Shown here piece after piece: positions 34,405-44,995 of a stretch of 64,000 nucleotides of DNA (its first letter is position 1; the number at the start of each line of letters is the position of its first letter). The position numbers were made by a program, and so were the translations under genes. The DNA is from Actinomycetota bacterium (GTDB taxonomy: Bacteria; Actinomycetota; JAHEXW01). The notes beneath the pieces are model-generated. The model made no database searches. It was not told the DNA's origin and was given only the letters and a program-made list of their open reading frames with translations. Where the stretch lies: NCBI GenBank assembly GCA_025355855.1, contig JANXYU010000031.1, positions 1,530 to 65,529 of the forward strand. The letters run 5' to 3'.

Positions 34405-35661
34405 TTAGGGCAGCCAACCCAATGGGTTGACTGTATACGCGCGATTGTAAGTATTATAGGGACCGACCGCGTCGTCATTGGACAAAGCGTAATCGTAAAC
34501 CTCAAAATGCAAATGAGCGCCCGTTGTTGAACTGCCGGTGTTGCCGACGCGTGCGAACTGCTGGCCCGCGGCCAGATAATTGCCTTCAAAAACTGAGATC
34601 GAACCGGTCTGTAGATGGCAGTACCGCGTTTTGACGCCGCCCCCGTGATCGATTTCGACGGTATTCCCAACAACGTCATTCCAGCCGGTATAGAGGACCG
34701 TGCCCGCGGTCGGCGCAACAACAGGCACCCCCTCGTCGACACCTATGTCGACGCCGTAATGAAAGCGGACATCGCCGTAAATGGGATGATTCCTGTAACC
34801 GTATTTGCGCATCGCGTCCAATGAGCCGTCGCCCATGATCCCAGGCGCGTAGCTGGCGTCACCCGCCGGCCAGACAGCGAAATATCCGGGGCGTTCTCCG
34901 CCTCCGACCCTCCGGTTGGCGGCCTCCTGTTGTTGCCTGCGGGCATCAGCGATAACCGCGTCTTGCGCCGCAACGTCATTTTTAAGGGCAACTAGCAGGT
35001 TTTCCTTATTGGCTTTCTCGGCAGTGATCTCTTCGTTCTTACGATCTAGAGGAGCTTTAATGGTTTGAATGGACCGCTCTTGGCTAAGAATGTCCTGTTT
35101 TTTTGAGTCGGCCAGATCGCGGTCGGACTGGACCTGGTCACGTGCGGCTTTGCATTTTTGCATTACGCGGGCGTCGCTCTTGACGATCATCGCCAGATAG
35201 GTCATGCGGGAAACGAAATCGTCGAAGCTAGAGGCGCCCAGGATCACGTCTAGATAGCCGGTGTCGCCTTGCTTGTATATTCCCGTAAGGCGGGTGTCGA
35301 TCAGATCGTTCTGGGCGTTAAGCTGGTCTTCCGCCGCCGCCAGACGGGTCTCAATTTTCAGGAGAGCTTGCTCCGCGTTAACGCGGGAGGACTGGACAAC
35401 GGTCAGCTGGTCCTGCAAAACTCCGATATCCAGTTCCAGCGTATGCAGGCGATTCTCTGTGTCGGCCAGTTGTTGGGCCAGGGTTTTCTGCTGCGCTTCA
35501 TCGGCCGCTTTCTGCCGGGTCGCGTTGTTAAGGTCTTGCTGGATCTCTTCCAGCGTGCGCGCGCCCACCGTGGCTCCGGGCAAGTAGAGAAAAAGCGTCA
35601 GCGCCAGCAACGCCGCCAGGACTTTTTTGATGGATTCCGGCCGTTTTCTCATAAGCCGCAT
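34405..35661 (-). CDS. EnvC-like murein hydrolase activator / M23 peptidase with a coiled coil
   Basis: Signal/TM segment, long coiled coil, then HYGVD, HGGG..TRYCHL and TGAHLHFE. Downstream of ftsEX. Confidence 0.9.
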   Translation of the reverse strand: MRLMRKRPESIKKVLAALLALTLFLYLPGATVGARTLEEIQQDLNNATRQKAADEAQQKTLAQQLADTENRLHTLELDIGVLQDQLTVVQSSRVNAEQALLKIETRLAAAEDQLNAQNDLIDTRLTGIYKQGDTGYLDVILGASSFDDFVSRMTYLAMIVKSDARVMQKCKAARDQVQSDRDLADSKKQDILSQERSIQTIKAPLDRKNEEITAEKANKENLLVALKNDVAAQDAVIADARRQQQEAANRRVGGGERPGYFAVWPAGDASYAPGIMGDGSLDAMRKYGYRNHPIYGDVRFHYGVDIGVDEGVPVVAPTAGTVLYTGWNDVVGNTVEIDHGGGVKTRYCHLQTGSISVFEGNYLAAGQQFARVGNTGSSTTGAHLHFEVYDYALSNDDAVGPYNTYNRAYTVNPLGWLP

Positions 35662-35686
35662 CCTTGCATACGAGTCTTACTCCTAT

Positions 35687-36577
35687 TTATATTTTTAGGA
35701 AACGCCGCAGCGCGAACAGGCTGCCGCCGGCGCCAATGACACCGCCGACCGTGAACAATGCGAGCACGACGTAGAGGAACGTTGTCGCGCTAACGGTGAA
35801 GGCCATAAACGGCACCATAGTCTCAACCCGCTGGAACAACTGGTTGTTAGCAATTAAGAGCAGCAGCGTCGCGGCCAGTGCCCCCAAGAACCCGGACAAA
35901 ACGCCTTCGATGACAAACGGCCAGCGAATGAACCAGTTGGACGCGCCAACCAAACGCATGATCTCAATCTCTTTGCGTCTCGCGTATATTGCCAGCCGGA
36001 TAGCATTGATGATCAGCGTCATGCCCGCGAAGACCATTAACACGATAATGGTGATGAAAATCCAGCGAGCGATGGTCGCGATGGCGAACAATCGCTTGAC
36101 GACTTCCTGGCCGATGATCTCGTCCACGGCCTTGTTGTTCTTCAGGCTGGCCTTAAGTTTATCGATGGACGCCGAATTCTGGTCGCCTGTCTTGAATTTG
36201 ACTTCGAAGCTGGCCGGCAGCGGATTGCCGCTAAGCGCGTCCAGTAATCCCGGCGAGTCTTTCATCCGCACCTTGAAGCGCCGCAGAGCCTCCGCCTTGG
36301 AGATATAGGTCGCCGTTTGGACCTGGGGCAGGGTTTTAATTGTACGATTGACGGTATTGGTCTGAGCGACCGAAATGTCATCCTTCAGATAGACGTTGAT
36401 ATTTGCCTCGGCTTCCAACCCGCCGAACTTGGCGCTAAATATCAAAGCGACGATGGTGAAGAAACCCAGCATGAACAGTGAAATAGCGACAGTGGAAATG
36501 GCCGCCAGGCTCATTATCCAGTTACGTTTGAAGCTAACAAAAGCTTCTCGGAAATAATACGCGATGGAGGTAATCAA
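35687..36577 (-). CDS. ftsX: Cell division permease FtsX
   Basis: Four TM segments, NPLPASFEV, RRKEIEIMRLVGA and IRWPF. Confidence 0.96.
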   Translation of the reverse strand: MITSIAYYFREAFVSFKRNWIMSLAAISTVAISLFMLGFFTIVALIFSAKFGGLEAEANINVYLKDDISVAQTNTVNRTIKTLPQVQTATYISKAEALRRFKVRMKDSPGLLDALSGNPLPASFEVKFKTGDQNSASIDKLKASLKNNKAVDEIIGQEVVKRLFAIATIARWIFITIIVLMVFAGMTLIINAIRLAIYARRKEIEIMRLVGASNWFIRWPFVIEGVLSGFLGALAATLLLLIANNQLFQRVETMVPFMAFTVSATTFLYVVLALFTVGGVIGAGGSLFALRRFLKI

Positions 36578-37254
36578 TGTCCGTACACGCCCCTTGCCTG
36601 GTCTCTGACGACCCGGCCGGCCTCCAGGGCGACAACTCGCTTGCGCATGCTGTCGACCATTTCCTTGTCATGTGTCGCGACAACGACTGTTGTGCCCAAC
36701 CGGTTGATACGGTTGAACAATTTCATCAGGCCCATTGTCGTTACAGGGTCAAGGTTTCCGGTCGGTTCGTCCGCCAAAAGGATCGGCGGATGGTTTACGA
36801 AAGCTCGGGCGATTGAAACGCGCTGCATCTCGCCGCCTGAAATCTCATTCGGGTAACGGTCCATCTTACCGCCCAAGCCAACCAGCTTTAAAACGTCTTC
36901 GACCTGGTTTTTGGTCATATAGCGCGGTTTCCCGATGACCTCCAGGGCGAAGCTGACGTTCTCGTACACCGTCTTATTGGGCAGAAGTTTGAAATCCTGA
37001 AACACACAGCCGATGTTGCGGCGCAGATACGGGACCTTTGATTGTGACAGTCGGCCTATGTCGCGCCCCGCCACGAATATAGTACCGGCAGTCGGCTCCA
37101 ATTCCTTAAGAAGACAACGGACTAACGTAGATTTACCCGAGCCGCTGGGGCCCACTAAGAAGACGAACTCTCCCTTTTCAATGTCGAGGTTGACATTATC
37201 GAGAGCCAAATGGCCACCCGGATAAGTCTTGGTGACCCCTCGCATTTTTATCAC
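36574..37254 (-). CDS. ftsE: Cell division ATP-binding protein FtsE
   Basis: GPSGSGKST, VFQDFKLL, ISGGEMQR and ADEPTGNLD motifs. Confidence 0.97.
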   Translation of the reverse strand: MIKMRGVTKTYPGGHLALDNVNLDIEKGEFVFLVGPSGSGKSTLVRCLLKELEPTAGTIFVAGRDIGRLSQSKVPYLRRNIGCVFQDFKLLPNKTVYENVSFALEVIGKPRYMTKNQVEDVLKLVGLGGKMDRYPNEISGGEMQRVSIARAFVNHPPILLADEPTGNLDPVTTMGLMKLFNRINRLGTTVVVATHDKEMVDSMRKRVVALEAGRVVRDQARGVYGH

Positions 37255-37336
37255 AGAACCAACTCCTCATTTCTATCTCTAAACAAACATAAGGCCTGTT
37301 GACACGCAGGCCATATCTTCCCTATTCAACTACGGT

Positions 37337-37352
37337 TATTATACTACATATG
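37337..37352 (+). promoter_or_regulatory. Possible -10 element directly before the acpS ATG (leaderless transcript)
   Basis: TATTAT/TATACT lie 4-7 nt upstream of ATG 37350, with no SD. Confidence 0.35.
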
Positions 37353-37736
37353 GATATTCACGGCACAGGCGTCGACCTTATCGAAATAGACAGAATCCGG
37401 CAAATCATCGAGCGTTTCGGCGGCAAAGTACTAGCCCGCGTATTCAGCCCGCGCGAGATAGCCTATGCGGCCGACAAGGCAAACCCATATCCTCATCTGG
37501 CTGCGCGGTTCGCCGCCAAAGAGGCGTTTATCAAAGCGCTGGCCCCGTTGCCGATCGCGAAAGTCAATCTCAGGGATATCGAACTGGTTGCGGCGGAAGG
37601 AATGGTCAAACCGGAGATCGTGTTATATGGACCCGCGGCGGCATTGTTCTCGAGCGCTGAACTTGGCAACATAATGGTCAGCGTGTCGCACAGCCGGACC
37701 TATGCCATAGCGACGGTGACTTTGCTAAGACGGTGA
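37350..37736 (+). CDS. acpS: Holo-ACP synthase
   Basis: GTGVDLIE, LAARFAAKEAFIKAL and VSVSHS motifs. Confidence 0.96.
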   Translation: MDIHGTGVDLIEIDRIRQIIERFGGKVLARVFSPREIAYAADKANPYPHLAARFAAKEAFIKALAPLPIAKVNLRDIELVAAEGMVKPEIVLYGPAAALFSSAELGNIMVSVSHSRTYAIATVTLLRR

Positions 37737-37745
37737 CTTTGCTAA
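37712..37745. repeat. Perfect 17-bp tandem duplication spanning the acpS stop
   Basis: gacggtgactttgctaa x2. Confidence 0.9.
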
Positions 37746-37760
37746 AAGAGATAGCGCGCC

Positions 37761-38681
37761 CTAAAGCATCTCGCGGGCGGCGGCTGCGATCTCGTCGGCG
37801 GTGATACCGAAGAACGCGAACAATTCCTCGTAGGGCGCCGATTTACCATAGCGGTCCGCCAGTCCGACCCGGCGCAACGGCGTCGGCAGATTCTCGCCCA
37901 AAACCTCAGCCACAGCTCCGCCTAAACCACCGATAACGGAATGCTCCTCGGCCGTGACCACATGCCCGGTCTTAGCGGCTGAGGCAATGATGGTATCCTC
38001 GTCCAAGGGTTTGATGGTCGCCGCGTTTATTACCTCGGCGCTGATCCCGTCTTCCGCCAGCGCCTCGGCGGCGTCCAAGGCCATCTTGACAGTTATGCCG
38101 CAGGCCACGAGGGTTACGTCCTCGCCCGGCCGCAGCACTTCCGCCTGCCCTAACTCGAATCTATAAGACTCGTCATAGACAAACGGAACCTTAGGCCGCC
38201 CGATGCGTATGAAGACTGGTCCCTCAAGGGCGGCGGCCGCTCGCAGCATTTCGGCGGCTTGCCAGTAATCGGCCGGCACCAATATTTTCATTGTCGGTAA
38301 CATGCGCAACAGCGCGATGTCCTCGAATGTCTGGTGAGTCGCCCCATCCTCACCGACGCTGATGCCAGCGTGGCTGGAGCAGATTTTCACATTCAGATTG
38401 GCATAGCATGTGACGTTGCGCAGTTGGTCCCAGGCCCGGCCCACTGTGAAGACGGTAAAACCACCCACAAAAGCTGTTTTGCCGGCGGCGGCCAGACCAT
38501 TCGCCGTGCCGATCATATTTTGTTCCGCGACACCGCAATCAAAGAACCGGTCGGGATAAAGGGCGGCGAATTTGTCCAGTCCCGTCGATTTAGCCAAGTC
38601 GGCATCGAGCGCCACAATGTCGGCGCCTCGTTGGGCGAGTTCTATGAGTACGGCCGGGATGGCTTCGCGCGTGGCTTTCAT
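37761..38681 (-). CDS. Transketolase, C-terminal subunit
   Basis: DADLAKST, GVAEQNM, GEDGATHQ and EEHSVIGGLG motifs. Start forms an ATGA overlap with the N-terminal subunit. Confidence 0.95.
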   Translation of the reverse strand: MKATREAIPAVLIELAQRGADIVALDADLAKSTGLDKFAALYPDRFFDCGVAEQNMIGTANGLAAAGKTAFVGGFTVFTVGRAWDQLRNVTCYANLNVKICSSHAGISVGEDGATHQTFEDIALLRMLPTMKILVPADYWQAAEMLRAAAALEGPVFIRIGRPKVPFVYDESYRFELGQAEVLRPGEDVTLVACGITVKMALDAAEALAEDGISAEVINAATIKPLDEDTIIASAAKTGHVVTAEEHSVIGGLGGAVAEVLGENLPTPLRRVGLADRYGKSAPYEELFAFFGITADEIAAAAREML

Positions 38682-39541
38682 GCCCCCACCTCCGGTACGC
38701 ATGATAATTCTGCCAAGGCTTGCCTTAGCTCGTCGTCATTGGGAGCTTTACCGTGCCAGTCCGCTTTGTTTTCCATGAATGACACGCCCTTGCATTTTAC
38801 TGTGCGGGCCAAAATAACGGTCGGTTTGCCGTGCATCATGTCGGCTTCTTTCAAGGCGTCCTCAATTGCGATGACGTCGTGGCCGTCGACCTCAAGGACA
38901 TGCCATCCGAAAGCGCGCCATTTGTCCTTTAATGGCTGGACCTCGACAATATCGCTGACGTGCCCGTCTATCTGCAGATTGTTGTAATCGACAAAAGCGG
39001 TGACCCGGTCGAGCTTGTGGTGGGCACCGAACATCGCTGCCTCCCAGATCATGCCCTCTTGGCTCTCGCCGTCACCGATCAGAACATAAACGCGATAGTC
39101 GCGGCCATCGATGCGTCCGGCCAGCGCCATCCCATTGGCGGCGCTCAACCCCTGCCCCAAAGAGCCGGATGTGATGTCAACACCAGACACCTTATTCATG
39201 TCCGGGTGACCTTCCAGTCGGCTGTCCAATTGGCGTAAGCCCTGCAGGTCCTGAAGGGGGAAATACCCATTCTCCGCCAGCGCCGCGTACAATACGGGGG
39301 CCGCATGACCTTTGCTTAGGACGAACCGGTCCCGATCGGGATCCCGGGGATTCTTGGGATCTTGGCGCATATGATGGAAATATAGGACGGCCACAATGTC
39401 GGCGGCCGACAAAGAACCGCCCGGGTGACCTGACTTGGCTCGGCCAATCATCTCCAGACAATGGCGGCGCAGCGTTAGGGCGCGCTCTTCCAAGTAGCGT
39501 TTGAGATCGCCGCGGCTCAAATCCTTAGTTGCTGCCATCAT
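38678..39541 (-). CDS. Transketolase, N-terminal (TPP-binding) subunit
   Basis: SGHPGGSLS, LSKGH, GSLGQG and GDGESQEG..N motifs. Confidence 0.95.
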   Translation of the reverse strand: MMAATKDLSRGDLKRYLEERALTLRRHCLEMIGRAKSGHPGGSLSAADIVAVLYFHHMRQDPKNPRDPDRDRFVLSKGHAAPVLYAALAENGYFPLQDLQGLRQLDSRLEGHPDMNKVSGVDITSGSLGQGLSAANGMALAGRIDGRDYRVYVLIGDGESQEGMIWEAAMFGAHHKLDRVTAFVDYNNLQIDGHVSDIVEVQPLKDKWRAFGWHVLEVDGHDVIAIEDALKEADMMHGKPTVILARTVKCKGVSFMENKADWHGKAPNDDELRQALAELSCVPEVGA

Positions 39542-40337
39542 TTATCCCCGCCTTAATGAAATCAAAATTGTTTATCTTAGCGTCTATAAGCGCCTGGCCC
39601 GGCTGGAGGGTTATCTTGCTCAACTCGATGCCGTCCGGAATGTCGTATAACTTGTAGTCGACCGTGAACGCGTCCCGCAGATAATCCTGAATGTCCTGCG
39701 GCAGACCCAGTTTCTCAATCGTCCCGGCCAGAGGTTGCAACTGAATCGTATTGTCCGGCTTCACGATGATCAAACCTGGGACGTCCACAACCACACCGGG
39801 CATTAACGTCGAGATATCGTCCTGGTACCGAAAACGGTTCCGCTCAAGCTTGATTGTCGCCCCCGGCAAACGAGCTGCCACAAGTCGGTTAACGGCTTCT
39901 TCTGATAATACTATTCGGGCGCTGCCAGAGTCTAGACTCTTCAGCGCCGATAATTGACGAGTTTTGGCCAGTGACCAAAAATCAACCTTGACTCCCTTGA
40001 CGTCAAAGTGCGCCTTTTGCACGTTGAGACCGTATTTCATCTTGAAACCTTCGACATCCAGGCTTATCTCGTCAACGCGGCCCTGGAACAATCTAACGAT
40101 GATCGGGTGCATTGTTAGAGTGACGCTCGAGGGCATATCCGGTTTTAATATCTCATCTACCTGAGTGGCGGCCAAGGCTTCCGTCTTATAGGTAATGGTG
40201 TATTCCAAAGCCAGGCTAAGCACCGCCAAAACGCTGAGGATAATAAGTGTCGTCGCCAGGTTGCGACGCCAGTTGCTCTGGCCGGATCCCGGCGTTTGCT
40301 TTTTGGCCGTCTGCTTGATCGGTTCGGCCGCCGTCAT
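39525..40337 (-). CDS. DUF2993/LmeA-like membrane-anchored protein
   Basis: Single N-terminal TM helix followed by a beta-rich domain (RLFQGRVDEISL..., ARIVLSEEAVN). Confidence 0.55.
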   Translation of the reverse strand: MTAAEPIKQTAKKQTPGSGQSNWRRNLATTLIILSVLAVLSLALEYTITYKTEALAATQVDEILKPDMPSSVTLTMHPIIVRLFQGRVDEISLDVEGFKMKYGLNVQKAHFDVKGVKVDFWSLAKTRQLSALKSLDSGSARIVLSEEAVNRLVAARLPGATIKLERNRFRYQDDISTLMPGVVVDVPGLIIVKPDNTIQLQPLAGTIEKLGLPQDIQDYLRDAFTVDYKLYDIPDGIELSKITLQPGQALIDAKINNFDFIKAGINDGSN

Positions 40338-41056
40338 TGGGTCTCCCTTTTGGAGCGGAGAAAACGCATAACGCGATCAGGATCCGTGTTGATTATCCGC
40401 TCCGCCCCGAAACCGATAGCCGTCGCCTCGGCCTCGGCTTGTTCGAATCCGCCGACCAACGAAGCTAAATGCGCGTCGCTGCCTAGGATGATGTCCAGGC
40501 CTGACTCGAAGGCCGCTCGCGCCACCTCGCGGGTCATCTCCTCCCCGCCCGGCCGGCTCTTCACAAAGCTGCTGTTGTTTATCTCCAGCAATACGTTATT
40601 GCGCCCAGCGGCCTCAACGATCCGCTCGGAATCGATTGGAAACCAGGGGTTGCCCGGGTGCGCCAAGATATGAACGTTCGGGTTGCTCATCGCTCTAATC
40701 AGGACATCCGTATTCTGCGCGGCATTGCCGGGCTCGTAACCGCACAACGGGTGCAGACCGACCAGGACAACATCCAGCTGACGCAGCGAGTCATTATCAA
40801 GGTCAAGTTCACCTTTAGCATTGACGATATTCGCTTCCACGCCTGTCAAGATTCGTACACCTTTGATTTCATCGGGCAGAATCCTCATGTTCCAGAAGTG
40901 ATACTCGTGCGCCCCGCCTGGCAGGGCCGGCCCGTGGTCGGTTACAGCCATTATCTTAAGGCCTCGCTCAGCGGCCGCCGCGGCGTTCTCATATACGGTG
41001 CTGTAAGCGTGCCCGCTGGCCACGGTGTGGGTATGCAAGTCGACTAAGAAGTCCAT
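40334..41056 (-). CDS. PHP domain phosphatase (YcdX-like)
   Basis: DLHTHT..SGHAYST, TDHG, GVEAN, AHP, LEINN and GSDAH motifs. Confidence 0.93.
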   Translation of the reverse strand: MDFLVDLHTHTVASGHAYSTVYENAAAAAERGLKIMAVTDHGPALPGGAHEYHFWNMRILPDEIKGVRILTGVEANIVNAKGELDLDNDSLRQLDVVLVGLHPLCGYEPGNAAQNTDVLIRAMSNPNVHILAHPGNPWFPIDSERIVEAAGRNNVLLEINNSSFVKSRPGGEEMTREVARAAFESGLDIILGSDAHLASLVGGFEQAEAEATAIGFGAERIINTDPDRVMRFLRSKRETQ

Positions 41057-41078
41057 TGGGCTCTCTGTAAAACCGGAA

Positions 41079-41185
41079 GATTATTGGGATTATAAAGAGT
41101 ATCATGATTATGAAAACCATTTGGACATGGTGTTTTGAATCGCATAATCCTTATAATCCCCATACTCCTTATACTCCCTTAACTC
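41079..41185. repeat. Two inverted arrays of 9-bp repeats (4 units on +, 5 units on -) between prfB and the PHP gene
   Basis: GATTAT/GAGTAT units start at 41079, 41088, 41097 and 41106. Complementary units start at 41144, 41153, 41162, 41171 and 41180. Confidence 0.75.
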
Positions 41186-42270
41186 TTGTTAGATACGCTT
41201 CAATAAACGGGTCTAGATTCCCGTCCATCACCTTTTGGATATCACCAGTTTCGGCATCCGTGCGATGATCCTTAACCATTTGATACGGGTGAAATACATA
41301 CGACCTGATTTGACTGCCGAAAGCGATGTCGCTCATGGCGCCGCGCAGGGCCGCCACCTTCTTCTCTTGCTCTTCGCGGCGCAGATTGAAAAGGCGGGCT
41401 TTCAGGATCTTCAGCGCGCCTTGCTTGTTCTTTAACTGACTGCGCTCATTCTGACACTGCACAACCAGGCCGGTGGGAATATGGGTTATCCGGACGGCCG
41501 AGTCGGTCTTGTTGACATGCTGGCCGCCAGCGCCGCTGGCCCGATAGGTGTCGATGCGCAGGTCCTCCGGCTTAATCTCTATGTCAGTGTCTTCTTCAAC
41601 AATCGGTATCACGTCCACCGAAGCAAATGAGGTGTGTCGTCGTTTGGCCTGGTCATAAGGGGAAATTCGGACCAGACGGTGGACGCCCTTTTCCCCATCC
41701 AACATCCCGAAAGCGTAGCGGCCGTGAATGGACAAGGTGACGCTCTTGAGGCCCGCTTCGTCGCCTACTAGATAGTCATTGATCTCAACCTTGAAGCTCT
41801 TCTTCTCCGCCCACATCACATACATGCGCAAAAGCATCTCAGCCCAGTCTTGACTCTCCGTGCCGCCGGCTCCCGGGTGAATACTCATCAGAGCGTCATT
41901 GCCGTCGTACCGTCCGGAGAAATGGCTTTGAATCTCTAACCGGTTGACTTCCGCCGCCAGTGTCTCTAGCTCACGCTCGAGTTCATCCGATAAAGCGGCG
42001 TCCTCCTCCACCAGATTCATCTCATTCAAGCCGGCCAGATCGGCGGCAGCCTGCTGGAGATGTTCGAAAAGAACAACCTCGCTTTCCAGCTGAGATAGTT
42101 CGCTGGTAACCTTACGAGCGTTGTCCGGGTCGTCCCAAATGTTGGGAGCGGCCGCAAGCTTACGGAGAGCGGCGACGCGGTCTACCTTACCAGCCAGGTC
42201 AAAGATAATCCTTGAGCTTGACTATCTTATTAGTAATATCATCTATGTCTTGCTTATGGTCTACATGCAT
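41169..42270 (-). CDS. prfB: Peptide chain release factor 2 with a programmed +1 frameshift
   Basis: ATG at 42270 gives MHVDHKQ...KDYL, then CTT-TGA-C at 42204-42198, continuing DLAGK..IWDD. SPF-like SPY motif and GGQ are present. Confidence 0.96.
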
Positions 42271-42287
42271 TTGGTTTTGGTTTCCTT

Positions 42288-42320
42288 GTACTCTTAGTAC
42301 ACATTGTAATCCTCGTAATC
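42288..42320 (-). repeat. 9-bp tandem repeat array just after the secA stop
   Basis: gtactc/gtacac/gtaatc/gtaatc units start at 42288, 42297, 42306 and 42315. Confidence 0.75.
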
Positions 42321-42327
42321 GTCAGTT

Positions 42328-44925
42328 TTACGCGCCGCAGCATTTCTTGTATTTCTTACCGCTGCCGCAAGGACATGGATCGTTTCGGCCGACGCGGGGT
42401 GCGCTGCTGCCCGGCGGAGGCGATGACTTACGCCGTTTTTCCGGCTCAGGTGAATCCAGCGACGGTCCGCTCTCGGCGACGGCGCGCAATACCGGTTGCC
42501 GCGCTTCCACCGGCTCGGCCTCCGATATCTCCACGTGGAAGACAAGCCGCACAAAATCGTCCTTAACCGAATCCACCATCGCCGCGAAGATGCGGAAGCC
42601 TTCATTCTTGTACTCAACTAGAGGATCCCTCTGACCGATGGCGCGCAGGCCGATGCCTTCGCGCAGGTAGTCCATCTCATAGAGGTGCTCACGCCAGTGG
42701 TTATCGATGACGCTCAGCATGATGATACGCTCCAGACGGCGCATCATATCAGCCCCGATTTCTTCTTCTTTCTTCGCATAGGCGGCGTGGGCGTCTTCCA
42801 GGAATGTTACGGTAATGCCCTCAGGCGCCTCGGTTAGGGGATCGACGTCATCGGCCCCCAGGGAAACGGGATATAGCTGCTCCATATAGGTAAAGAGGCC
42901 GGCCATGTCCCATTCTTCCGGGTGAATGTCGCGATTGACGAACATCGCGACCGAACCTGTTATGATCTCCTCGATCGCCTCGTCAACATGCTTGCGAATA
43001 TCGAGTCCATCCAGGATCTCGTCGCGCTCGTCGTAAATCAAGGAGCGTTGGGTATTCATCACGTCGTCGTATTCCAGGACGTGTTTACGGATCCCGAAGT
43101 TTTGCTGTTCCACTTGTTTCTGAGCGGTTTCAATCGCCCTATTGATCAAGGGATGCTCGATCGGCACATCGTCGGGAAAGTTCATCCGCTCCATCAGCCC
43201 GGCAATCCGGTCGCGCGCGAACAGGCGCATCAAGTCGTCCTCGAGACTGATGTAGAAACGGGTCGAGCCATGGTCGCCTTGCCGTCCCGCCCGGCCGCGC
43301 AGCTGATTGTCGATTCGCCGCGCCTCATGCCGCTCCGTACCCAGGACGTGCAGACCGCCGATATCGGCGACTCCGTCACCCAGAATGATGTCGACGCCGC
43401 GGCCGGCCATGTTGGTGGCGATGGTCACGGCGCCTCTCTGGCCGGCGCCCTCGATGATGTGTGCCTCACGCTCGTGTTGCTTCGCGTTCAAAACCTCGTG
43501 CTTTACCCCTCGCTTAGACAGAAGCCTGCTTAGGACCTCACTTTTTTCGATTGAGATGGTGCCGACCAGCACAGGCTGGCCGTTCTCATTTCGCTCCGCG
43601 ATGTCTTCGATAACCGCGTTGAATTTGGCTTCCTCGTTGCGATAGATAAGGTCGGCCAGATCTTGGCGGATCAAGGGCCGGTTCGGCGGGATGATGACGG
43701 TTTCCAGCTTATAGGTGTGCAGGAACTCGTCCGCTTCGGTGGCCGCCGTACCGGTCATGCCGGCCAGCTTGTCATAGAGACGGAAATAATTCTGAATGGT
43801 GATCGTCGCCAGCGTTTGGTTTTCCTCTTTGACCGGCACGTTCTCTTTGGCTTCTATGGCTTGATGCAGACCCTCGCTGTAGCGCCGTCCTTCCATCAAG
43901 CGGCCTGTGAACTCGTCGACGATGATAACTTCGCCGTCCTTCACGATATAGTCTTTGTCGTTTTTAAACAGCGCGTGAGCGCGCAGAGCTTGATTGAGAT
44001 GATGCACCAATCCGGTGTTGGCGAAATCATAGAGATTATCGACATTCAGCTCGTCCTCGACCCGGGCCACACCTGCTTCCTTGATGGAGACGGTTTGGGT
44101 CTTCTCATCAACCTCGTAATCCTCGCCTTTCTTTAGGCCTGGAACCAGTCGTGCGAACTGGCGATAGGTTTGGGCGGCTTGCTCGGGCGCGCCAGAGATG
44201 ATGAGCGGCGTGCGCGCCTCGTCTATAAGAATGCTGTCGACCTCGTCAACTATGGCGAAATCGTGGCTACGCTGGACCTTTTCCTCTACCGAAGTCGCCA
44301 TATTATCCCGCAAATAATCGAATCCGAACTCAGAGTTAGTACCGCACGTGATGTCCGCTTGATAGGCCTCGTCACGATAGATGGGACGCAGCATCTCCAG
44401 ACTCTCATCTGGGTTTTCGAAGCTCGGGTCCAGCAAGAACGCCGAGTCGTGCTGCAGCACTGAGACTTTCAGGCCCAGGAAATGGTACAGCGGACCCATC
44501 CACTGCACATCGCGTTTGGCCAGGTAATCGTTGACGGTTACAATGTGGACGCCGGCGCCGCCCAAGGCATTAAGGTAAACCGGCAATGTGGCGACCAGCG
44601 TCTTGCCCTCGCCCGTTTTCATTTCAGAGATCTTGCCCTGGTGCAAAACGACGCCACCCATGATCTGAACGTCGAAGTGGCGCATATCCAAGACGCGCCG
44701 TGACGCCTCCCGCACGACCGCGAAGGCCTCGGGCATGATGTCGTCTAGCGTCTCGCCGGCGGCCAAGCGAGTCTTGAACTCATGGGTTTTCGCCGCTAAT
44801 TCCGCGTCGCTTAAAGGGGAGATAGCCGGTTCGTGTGACCCAACCGCCTCGACCCGCGTTTCCAGGTCTTTAATCTGCTTGGCCTCGCCAAAGCGCAACA
44901 TTTTTTCAAGTCGTTTAAAAGCCAA
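42328..44925 (-). CDS. secA: Preprotein translocase subunit SecA
   Basis: [32 protein letters not shown] and the C-terminal SEC-C motif [21 protein letters not shown] start at 44925 follows GAGGT. Confidence 0.99.
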   Translation of the reverse strand: MAFKRLEKMLRFGEAKQIKDLETRVEAVGSHEPAISPLSDAELAAKTHEFKTRLAAGETLDDIMPEAFAVVREASRRVLDMRHFDVQIMGGVVLHQGKISEMKTGEGKTLVATLPVYLNALGGAGVHIVTVNDYLAKRDVQWMGPLYHFLGLKVSVLQHDSAFLLDPSFENPDESLEMLRPIYRDEAYQADITCGTNSEFGFDYLRDNMATSVEEKVQRSHDFAIVDEVDSILIDEARTPLIISGAPEQAAQTYRQFARLVPGLKKGEDYEVDEKTQTVSIKEAGVARVEDELNVDNLYDFANTGLVHHLNQALRAHALFKNDKDYIVKDGEVIIVDEFTGRLMEGRRYSEGLHQAIEAKENVPVKEENQTLATITIQNYFRLYDKLAGMTGTAATEADEFLHTYKLETVIIPPNRPLIRQDLADLIYRNEEAKFNAVIEDIAERNENGQPVLVGTISIEKSEVLSRLLSKRGVKHEVLNAKQHEREAHIIEGAGQRGAVTIATNMAGRGVDIILGDGVADIGGLHVLGTERHEARRIDNQLRGRAGRQGDHGSTRFYISLEDDLMRLFARDRIAGLMERMNFPDDVPIEHPLINRAIETAQKQVEQQNFGIRKHVLEYDDVMNTQRSLIYDERDEILDGLDIRKHVDEAIEEIITGSVAMFVNRDIHPEEWDMAGLFTYMEQLYPVSLGADDVDPLTEAPEGITVTFLEDAHAAYAKKEEEIGADMMRRLERIIMLSVIDNHWREHLYEMDYLREGIGLRAIGQRDPLVEYKNEGFRIFAAMVDSVKDDFVRLVFHVEISEAEPVEARQPVLRAVAESGPSLDSPEPEKRRKSSPPPGSSAPRVGRNDPCPCGSGKKYKKCCGA

Positions 44926-44995
44926 AACATACCTCTTTAACGTGTCTGACAATGCCTTTCAGTATATCATAGGGGTTAAGTCAGCTGACCCCGGG

